NCBI GenBank assembly: GCA_016699205.1
Contig: CP064964.1
Location: forward strand, 1,050,255 to 1,082,254
Direction: 5' to 3'
DNA from: Candidatus Saccharimonadota bacterium
GTDB lineage: Bacteria; Patescibacteriota; Patescibacteriia; 2-12-FULL-60-25
DNA: 32,000 nucleotides
Below the pieces are notes generated by a model. The model worked only from the letters and a program-made list of their open reading frames with translations. It was not told the DNA's origin and did no database searches. Shown piece by piece: positions 26,315-32,000 of this stretch. The position numbers and the translations under genes are program-made. Each line of letters starts with the position of its first letter. The first letter of the stretch is position 1.

Positions 26315-26661
26315 TCAGCACTTTCCAAAATATTTTTCGCCCCAGACAGCCATGTGCTTGAGGACGGGGAGCAGGTCTTTTCCTTTTTGGGTCAGATTGT
26401 ATTCCGTACGCGGAGGGACCTCAGAATAGATTGTTTTAGTGATAATGCCGAGTCGTTCCAGGTCGGAGAGCCGGTCGGAGAGGGTGGTTGGATTTACGCC
26501 ACCGGCTTCCGTTTGTAATTCATTGAAACGCAGGGTTTTAGCGAGAGCGCAAATAATAGCCTCGGAGTCCATTTGTCTCCGAGGACGGTTGTAGCAAAGG
26601 CTACGCATTTGGATTTGTTGTCTGATTCTTTGGGCATGATCTTGACGGTTTGGCGATCCAT
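26315..26661 (-). CDS. HxlR-family transcriptional regulator (apparent 1-nt frameshift near 26557-26561)
   Basis: ATG 26661 gives MDRQTVKIMPKESDNKSKCVAFATTVLGDKWTPRL (the HxlR N-terminal C..A...lGdKW motif). The listed ORF 26315-26608 continues IICALAKTLRFNELQ...VPPRTEYNLTQKGKDL. Total length with one added base is 116 codons. Confidence 0.8.
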
Positions 26662-26678
26662 GCTATATTTTTTATAGC
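26662..26678. promoter_or_regulatory. Palindrome GCTATA-N5-TATAGC in the hxlR/nitroreductase divergent region (candidate HxlR operator)
   Basis: gctatattttttatagc lies directly upstream of the hxlR ATG and 40 nt upstream of the nitroreductase ATG. Confidence 0.35.
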
Positions 26679-26717
26679 TAGTCAGTTTTTTTATAGGAAT
26701 TTAAGGACATTGTCAAT

Positions 26718-27353
26718 ATGAATGGTCAAGAAATCATTAAAGCGATGAACTGGCGTTTTGCTACCCAAGTATTCGATGCTTCAAAAAAGGTTTCCGATGA
26801 AGACTTGAAAACGATCCTCGAGGCCGCTCGATTGACTCCGAGTTCATTTGGTATCGAGGCTTGGAAATTTCTTGTTATCGAGAATCCGGAATTACGAGGA
26901 AAAATCCGCGAGGCAGCTTGGGGTCAGCCCAAAGTTACGGAAGCATCGCATTTGATTGTGATCGCACGTCGTACGGATGTTCGCGAGCACATTACGGATG
27001 AATTGCTCGCTCGCACCTCAAAGGCGCAGGGTGTCGGTCTTGAGGCTTTGGATGGTTTAAAGCAGATGGTGAATGGAAATATGGCAGGCCGATCAGATGC
27101 GGAGATTGATGCATGGACCAAGAGTCAGGCGTATATCGCGCTCGGGGTAATGATCGAGACAGCTTCATTGCTTGAAGTCGATAACGGACCGATGGAAGGT
27201 TTTGATCCGGCAAAAGTTGATGAGATACTCGGCTTAAAGGCTAAGAATCTTACCTCGACCTTGCTGCTTGCTCTTGGATATCGCGATGAACATGCTCCCG
27301 TGCGTCCCAAGTCCCGCCGTTCGATGGAAGAGGTGGTTGAATTCATCAAATAA
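26718..27353 (+). CDS. NAD(P)H nitroreductase family protein
   Basis: 211 aa. RFATQVFD, LEAARLTPSSFGIEAWKFLVI, and PMEGFD near the C-terminus are typical of the NfsB/FRase-type nitroreductase fold. Confidence 0.85.
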   Translation: MNGQEIIKAMNWRFATQVFDASKKVSDEDLKTILEAARLTPSSFGIEAWKFLVIENPELRGKIREAAWGQPKVTEASHLIVIARRTDVREHITDELLARTSKAQGVGLEALDGLKQMVNGNMAGRSDAEIDAWTKSQAYIALGVMIETASLLEVDNGPMEGFDPAKVDEILGLKAKNLTSTLLLALGYRDEHAPVRPKSRRSMEEVVEFIK

Positions 27354-27364
27354 ATTATATTCTT

Positions 27365-27883
27365 ATGCAACCAATGTACGCATTTAGCGTTCCTGTTTTT
27401 CAAAAGATGTTGAAGACGGCGTTGAATCTTTTGGATAAGGCCGAGGCGCATGTAAAGACGAATGGGGGAACGGAAGCGGATTTGTTGGAAGCTCGATTGG
27501 CGCCGGATATGTTTCCATTTGTGAAACAGGTGCAAATTGTTTGTGACAATGCCAAAGGTGCATCATCGCGTCTCGCGGGAGTGGAGAATCCATCTCATCC
27601 AGACACGGAGACGACGATTGCGGAATTGAAGGCGCGCGTAGAAAAGACGATGGCGTTTCTCGATACATTGAAAGAAGAGCAGTTTGCGGACGCGGCTGAT
27701 CGAAAGATCGTGCTGCCGTATTATCCTGACAAGCATCTCCTTGGAATGGATTATTTGCAGAGCCAAGCACTTCAGAATTTCTTTTTTCACGTCAACATGA
27801 TGTACGCGATCTTGCGTATGAAGGGCGTGCAGATTGGAAAAGCGGACTATATTGTTGATGTTCCGTGGCAGGCTGGTGCGTAA
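27365..27883 (+). CDS. DUF1993-family (DinB-like helical bundle) protein
   Basis: 172 aa. The FSVPVFQKML.....LLDKAEAH N-terminus, DMFPFVKQVQI, and NFFFHVNMMYAILRMKGVQIGKADY match DUF1993. Confidence 0.75.
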   Translation: MQPMYAFSVPVFQKMLKTALNLLDKAEAHVKTNGGTEADLLEARLAPDMFPFVKQVQIVCDNAKGASSRLAGVENPSHPDTETTIAELKARVEKTMAFLDTLKEEQFADAADRKIVLPYYPDKHLLGMDYLQSQALQNFFFHVNMMYAILRMKGVQIGKADYIVDVPWQAGA

Positions 27884-27911
27884 AGTAGCTATATAGAGAG
27901 AAAATAACCTA

Positions 27912-27942
27912 TTGACCCTGACATTGCGTCAGGGTTTATAGT
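27912..27942 (+). promoter_or_regulatory. MerR-type promoter: TTGACC-N19-TATAGT with a perfect dyad in the spacer
   Basis: TTGACC at 27912-27917 and TATAGT at 27937-27942, separated by a 19-nt spacer. The dyad accctgac (27915-27922) / gtcagggt (27928-27935) is the classical over-long-spacer MerR operator architecture. Confidence 0.75.
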
Positions 27943-27965
27943 ATGCAAAGGTTCAGGCCAAACCT

Positions 27966-28731
27966 ATGCCATATACGGTTAATCAATTAGCGAAGCTCGC
28001 CAGTATCAGCGTGCGCACGCTGCATCACTACGACCAAGTCGGGTTGCTTAAGCCTGCCCTGCTTCGCAAAAATGGTTATCGTGAATATGGGGAGACGGAG
28101 CTGCTTAAGCTTCAGCAAATTCTGTTCTTTCGCGAGTTGGATTTTCCGTTGGAGGATATTAAACGGATTATGTCCTCGCCGAGTTTTGATACACGGCAGG
28201 CGCTGCTGGATCATCGGAATATGATCGAGCTGAAAAAGAAACGTCTTTCCGGATTAATCAAAGCGATCGATAAAACATTAATTCAACTAGAAAAAGAAAC
28301 CTATGGACGAGCAAGACTTGAAGGAGACGTATGACACTTTTGGTGAAGATACCGTCAAGGAGTACGCCGATGAGGTGAAGCAGCGTTGGGGGAATACGGA
28401 AGCGTACAAGCAGTCGATGGAGCGCTATAGCAAAATGACTAAGGCGGACATGGAGGAATATAAGAAAGGTGCGGACATCTTCATGAAGAAGGCGGCGGAA
28501 GTCTCTGAAAAGGGTGCGCTTAGCCCGGAGTTTCAAGAGATGATTGACCAACACTTCAAATCGTTAAGCGCTTGGTATGAGCCGAACTTTGAGATGTATC
28601 GTGGATTGGCCAAGATGTATGTAGAGGATCCGTGGTTTGAGGCTTATTATGAGAAGTATAAGCCGGGGTTGGCGAAAGTGTTTAGTGAGGGGATGATCCA
28701 TTACGCGGATAAGAATGAGCCGAATAAGTAA
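27966..28731 (+). CDS. MerR-family regulator with TipAS-type C-terminal domain (split by a frame disruption near 28291-28302)
   Basis: ORF 27966-28334 is the MerR HTH plus coiled coil (YTVNQLAKLASISVRTLHHYDQVGLLKP). ORF 28303-28731 is a TipAS-like domain (FGEDTVKEYADEVKQRWGNTEAYKQS...). In TipAL/Mta-type proteins these are one chain. The second frame has a TAG at 28288-28290, so the shift lies in the A-rich run just after it. Confidence 0.8.
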
Positions 28732-28734
28732 AAT

Positions 28735-28765
28735 AAATCCCCGCTCTTGCGGGGGATTTATTTAT
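28735..28765. terminator. Bidirectional terminator between the MerR/TipAS gene and the convergent HEPN-motif gene
   Basis: aaatccccgc (28735-28744), tctt, gcgggggattt (28749-28759; one bulged C), with T-rich flanks on both strands. The minus-strand stop codon at 28758-28760 lies in the stem. Confidence 0.75.
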
Positions 28766-29248
28766 CGATGTAAGCAAAATACTTTCTTAAGAACGCGTTT
28801 GATGCCTCACTTATTGCGTCGAGTGAGATGTTCCAGAAGCCTCCATCGTCTGTGCCATGTGCGATATCTCCTTTATTTCTGAAATCCCATGCCTTTAGCG
28901 CCATGTTTATATCGCTTTTCTGACTTTGAGCAGTTTGCCTGTAAATATCATTCTGTCTTTACTGTTTATAAGATGATCCGAGGTACTCTTTCTTCTATCA
29001 ATGCTGGCACTTATTAGCTCAATACATTTAATAAAGTTTAGGGCAATCTCTAAAGTATTAAAATTGCCAGTATATCTATTTCGAGATGCGATCGTTATGT
29101 ATTTTATGCATCGCCTAAATACCCGATCAGTGCAGGCGAGATAGCGTTTGGATTTTGCAAGAAAGCCATTGGGTAAGTCCTTCGGAAAAAAATTTCTAAC
29201 GTTAATTAATGGTGCTGGTGGGCTTATTCTGATCAAACGTCCCCTCAC
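28758..29248 (-). CDS. Hypothetical protein with C-terminal HEPN-like RNxxxxxH motif (frame disruption between 28909 and 28958)
   Basis: ORF 28907-29248 (GTG start) ends at 28907. A second frame, open from 28958, reads RQNDIYRQTAQSQKSDINMALKAWDFRNKGDIAHGTDDGGFWNISLDAISEASNAFLRKYFAYIDK* and carries FRNKGDIAHG (Rx6H). The region is AT-rich relative to its neighbours. Confidence 0.5.
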
Positions 29249-29264
29249 TTTAAAAAGATTCCTA

Positions 29265-29678
29265 CTATCTCATAATCAAAATAGTTTTGGCGTCGAATAC
29301 GTTTCTTGCCAAGTTGTTGAGTTGTCGTTTTAGGGCGAGGGATAGGGAGGCTATTAGGTCAGTAAAGCGATCTTCTGCTTCTTTGAGAACGAAGTATAAA
29401 TTTTCTTCGCTGATCTCGGTGCTTACAAGGTAGGAAGATTCGAAAGTACGTATTGAAACTGGTTGTTGAGGATAATGTATGAAAGCATCCACGCCCTTAC
29501 TTAAAGAATGGCTAGCGCTTCTTTTTTCAATAATAGGAATCTCTGGCAGATCCCTTTCTAAAAAGGCGGTTGTCTTTTCAATATGACATTCTCCAATCTT
29601 CACTTTTCGCTCAGGTAAAAAATCGCCTAAGATTTTTGCGTAGACGATATATTTTGTTTTTTTTCGCTGCTCACTCAT
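29265..29678 (-). CDS. Hypothetical protein (137 aa), upstream partner of the HEPN-motif gene
   Basis: ATG start, ending in TAG TAG. It is AT-rich with no recognisable motif, and sits 16 nt upstream of the next gene's GTG. Confidence 0.55.
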   Translation of the reverse strand: MSEQRKKTKYIVYAKILGDFLPERKVKIGECHIEKTTAFLERDLPEIPIIEKRSASHSLSKGVDAFIHYPQQPVSIRTFESSYLVSTEISEENLYFVLKEAEDRFTDLIASLSLALKRQLNNLARNVFDAKTILIMR

Positions 29679-29797
29679 AGAATTTTTTCACTTCATCCGT
29701 TATCGCAACAACCATATCTCGATCCAGCTTTTCGCATGTCCAGCAGACCGGCATCGCATGGTTCTGATCCTTCTATATTTTGGATCCCAGAAGCGAT

Positions 29798-30216
29798 TCA
29801 TGTATTACTTTTTCGATCTCTATATTTCTGGACCAAGAATCCAATGAAGGTTCCGATCACATAATACCCAAGAAACAAGATCAGTGTCCTGAAGACAAAA
29901 GAATATCTCAACCGTATTGCGACAATTTGCTTCCCGGTGTCATTACTTGTTTTTCACAACCGTTTTCTTCGGTCCAATAGGTGCAGACCGGAACGGTGTT
30001 GGGACAATATGGTTCCGTGTTAACCATGAATCCGTTCAGTAGAGAATAGCTATGGCCAGTAATGAAAGAAAGATAGATCGTTCCGTTAGTTAAAACGGGA
30101 CTCAGACCGACGCGTGGCGCCGATATAAGAACGATCAAGAAAAACACATAGAGGCTGGCGCATGCCGCTAGCCCCGCGAGTCCGCCTTTGAGCCAAAGTG
30201 ATCCCGACTTTTTCAT
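29798..30216 (-). CDS. Small Cys-rich membrane protein (N-terminal TM, Cys-rich middle; possible C-terminal TM after a frameshift at ~29909-29912)
   Basis: I prefer ATG 30216 (MKKSGSLWLKGGLAGLAACASLYVFFLIVLI), 1 nt after the DUF1428 stop. The Cys-rich segment is EPYCPNTVPVCTYWTEENGCEK. The listed stop is at 29908. The overlapping frame from TTG 29911 to 29798 encodes a TM helix (RYSFVFRTLILFLGYYVIGTFIGFLVQKY). Confidence 0.5.
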
Positions 30217-30217
30217 C

Positions 30218-30607
30218 TTATTTCTTCCAAAGCTCCACCACTGGCTTGAATCCACCAACAGCCATACGTTTTTCATCAAATGGCATGACCATCTTTTCTT
30301 TAGGATGCTTTTCAATCCAGTCGTTCATTTCTTTCATGACCTTTTTATTTACTTGATCGCGATGCTTGCGCGACTTGTAGATGATAAAGGAATACCAGAT
30401 TGTTTCACTTGGCTTGGGTTTGACGAGCTGCATGAAGGTCGTTGGCTTTTGTCCACCCATGCTTGGGTTCATGTCATCGCCGATACATTCAACGTAGGCG
30501 ACGGCGCCATGTTTCATCCAGGATTTACCACCTTCTTGGGCCATCTTGCGATACGCGGCAATATTCTTCTTTGGAACCATGAGTACGAAACCGTCGATGT
30601 AGGACAT
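30218..30607 (-). CDS. DUF1428-family protein
   Basis: 129 aa. MSYIDGFVLMVPKKNIAAYRKMAQEGGKSWMKHGAVAYVECIGDD is the characteristic DUF1428 N-terminus. Confidence 0.8.
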   Translation of the reverse strand: MSYIDGFVLMVPKKNIAAYRKMAQEGGKSWMKHGAVAYVECIGDDMNPSMGGQKPTTFMQLVKPKPSETIWYSFIIYKSRKHRDQVNKKVMKEMNDWIEKHPKEKMVMPFDEKRMAVGGFKPVVELWKK

Positions 30608-30611
30608 AGGT

Positions 30612-30944
30612 TTAAGGATGATGATTAACTCTTCTTTTATCCAAGCGGTCGAGGCGGAGAATTCTAACGGCGGCGTAAATCACGAGGGCGATGACGAGGA
30701 AGTCGACAAAAGCCATGATGAACTCGCCGTAGAGGATCGAGGCACTGCCAATCGTCCAAGTGGCTGTTTTGAGACCGGCTGCTTTGCCCAGAGCCAGGCC
30801 GATAAGCGGGTTCAGTATATTCGTTACCAATGAGGAGACGAATTTTGAGATAGCTCCGCCGAGAATAAAGCCCACCGCCAAACCGACAACGCCTTGCTCG
30901 CGGATGAATTCCAAGAATCCATTCATGGGAGAGATTTTTTCCAT
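30612..30944 (-). CDS. mscL: Large-conductance mechanosensitive channel MscL
   Basis: FLEFIREQGVVGLAVGFILGGAISKFVSSLVTNILNPLIG, then a second TM helix and a charged C-terminal helix (RLDRLDKRR). An alternative start is ATG 30926. Confidence 0.9.
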   Translation of the reverse strand: MEKISPMNGFLEFIREQGVVGLAVGFILGGAISKFVSSLVTNILNPLIGLALGKAAGLKTATWTIGSASILYGEFIMAFVDFLVIALVIYAAVRILRLDRLDKRRVNHHP

Positions 30945-30970
30945 AGTGCTATCAGTATAGCGTTATGTTT

Positions 30971-31207
30971 TCAAAAATCTTCTTTTTCCTGCTTGCTCCA
31001 ACGTTTGATTTTGCCTCACGTTTACGTGCGGCTGATTCTGTTTTTGACGGCCGGCTCCAAGCGAGTGTGACAGGTCGATGGCTGCGCGTGTATGCCGCGC
31101 CTTTGCCGGCATTATTGCTTGAGAACGCGCTCGGCAACATTGGTCGAGATTCCCGTGTAGAGGCTGCTGTCACTGCAGCGCAGGATGTAGACGTGCCAGC
31201 GCTTCAT
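30971..31207 (-). pseudogene. GIY-YIG (UPF0213/YhbQ-like) small nuclease gene with two frame disruptions
   Basis: ATG 31207 gives MKRWHVYILRCSDSSLYTGISTNVAERVLKQ*. The next frame continues NAGKGAAYTRSHRPVTLAWSRPSKTESAARKREAK. The first frame then resumes IKRWSKQEKEDF*. Shift sites are ~31111-31118 and the T4 run at 31009-31012. Confidence 0.7.
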
Positions 31208-31209
31208 AA

Positions 31210-31866
31210 TTATTGGGGCGGCAGAGCTCCGGTGCAACGCCAGTTGATGCTGGCTGTTTCTGTCTGTTCATTGACGACGCACGCAGGGAAACAGCCGGGC
31301 TGAGTTGCATTCAAGTTTGCATCGAACCACCACGTTTTCGAATTTGGATTGTAAGTACCTTTTCCGATGGCGCCGCCTCCTTTAATACACGTGTTCTCCG
31401 CAATTTGTCTTGCATCTGTTTCCGACATGACGCTTTTTGGTATTGGATTTGTTATGGGAGCTGTCTCCGGTTGTAGATTCAAGCTCGTGATTGTCAACTG
31501 GAGGACGGTAGCGAAAATCACCCAAAGTAAATAGGGGATATTGATGAGAGCGATCCATCGCTGATGGGGATAGATTGATATGAGCGCCCAAATGAGCGTC
31601 GCAAGCACCAGTAGTATATCGAGAGCTGCGAGTAGGTTGTTCTGTAATCCAAACTGCAGTGGAGTAAAGATTGCATTGAAGCAAAGATTGAGGAGAAATG
31701 GCCAAATAATGTTGATCGGAAGCCGTTTTTTCGCTGCGAGATAAAAGACGTAACCAAACGAGATGGCGATGACGATATAAAGGACGGTCCAAACCGGTCC
31801 AAAAAGATATGAGGGAGGTGCCCAACTCGGTTTTATAAGGGTTTGATACCAAAGGTAGGTGTCCAT
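31210..31866 (-). CDS. tspO: TspO/MBR-family tryptophan-rich membrane protein fused to a C-terminal ~65-aa four-Cys soluble domain
   Basis: The N-terminal ~150 aa carry WYQTLIKPSWAPPSYLFGPVWTVLY and NIPYLLWVIFATVL (TspO hallmarks). The C-terminus is DARQIAENTCIKGGGAIGKGTYNPNSKTWWFDANLNATQPGCFPACVVNEQTETASINWRCTG. Confidence 0.8.
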   Translation of the reverse strand: MDTYLWYQTLIKPSWAPPSYLFGPVWTVLYIVIAISFGYVFYLAAKKRLPINIIWPFLLNLCFNAIFTPLQFGLQNNLLAALDILLVLATLIWALISIYPHQRWIALINIPYLLWVIFATVLQLTITSLNLQPETAPITNPIPKSVMSETDARQIAENTCIKGGGAIGKGTYNPNSKTWWFDANLNATQPGCFPACVVNEQTETASINWRCTGALPPQ

Positions 31867-31876
31867 AGAGCTATTC

Positions 31877-31905
31877 TTGCACGATCTGACTTATTCCGCT
31901 AAGAT
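31877..31905 (+). promoter_or_regulatory. Putative tRNA promoter TTGCAC-N17-TAAGAT
   Basis: TTGCAC at 31877-31882, a 17-nt spacer, TAAGAT at 31900-31905. The tRNA 5' end is at 31925. Confidence 0.5.
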
Positions 31906-31924
31906 TCTGCCGCAATGAATGTCC

Positions 31925-32000
31925 GGAGGGGTCGCATAGTGGCCTAGTGCACTTGCTTGGAAAGCAAGCATACCGCAAGGTATCGAGAGTTCGAATCTCT
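31925..32000 (+). tRNA. tRNA-Ser (anticodon GGA), truncated by the window end in the T-stem
   Basis: Acceptor GGAGGGG; D-arm gcat/agtggccta/gtgc; anticodon arm cttgc/ttGGAaa/gcaag; long variable arm atacc-gcaa-ggtat (class II); T-arm gagag/ttcgaat/ctct... Confidence 0.8.

Noticed and set aside
29671-29754. 27-aa minus-strand ORF (MPVCWTCEKLDRDMVVAITDEVKKFYE) overlapping the start of the 137-aa ORF by ATGAGTGA
   Set aside because: I did not call it as a feature. It has no convincing SD or -10 upstream, only one CxxC, and is too short to distinguish from chance. It is mentioned under the HEPN cassette finding as something to test.

Overview
This is a roughly 50% GC bacterial chromosomal window. 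The gene content is a minimal type IV pilus module, GatCA, an archaeal-type PGI/PMI, membrane-anchored DsbA-like proteins and many small DUF genes. It resembles an uncultivated, possibly CPR/Patescibacteria-like lineage, but that taxon call is only a guess.

Layout:
- 1-18.5 kb is mostly + strand housekeeping: recJ 3' end, rnhA, pilM/pilin/prepilin peptidase, ligA, gatCA, lgt, a trxB-like gene, two DsbA-like genes, and a ZIP/Fur/CooC-like metal cluster.
- 18.55-20.8 kb is a GC-rich island with foreign codon usage. It encodes two divergent paralogous unknown proteins plus small ORF(s).
- 20.8-31.9 kb is mostly - strand accessory genes: MgtE-like, PGI/PMI, DUF1761, two ABC exporters, HxlR, nitroreductase, DUF1993, MerR/TipAS, an AT-rich HEPN-motif cassette, DUF1428, mscL, GIY-YIG and a TspO fusion.
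- A partial tRNA-Ser(GGA) sits at the right edge.

Main oddities:
1. The GC-rich island of unknown paralogues.
2. A 1.46-kb in-frame cassette carrying an HExxHxxxH protein, bracketed by two copies of the rnhA 3' end.
3. A catalytically dead PilT/GspE-like gene and a membrane-anchored receiver domain inside the pilus operon.
4. A recurring -10 box 6-8 nt upstream of the ATG (leaderless-looking) at about 10 core genes. The accessory unknown ORFs have Shine-Dalgarno sites instead.
5. A two-gene unknown module with consensus promoters and a triple half-site operator between recJ and rnhA.
6. About 20 single-base frame disruptions, mostly in homopolymers, strongly concentrated at 21.3-31.2 kb. Nine of them fall in one ABC gene. 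They may be assembly error or real gene decay.

I saw no CRISPR array, integrase or transposase. All calls come from reading the sequence and the ORF track by eye; no database search was run.
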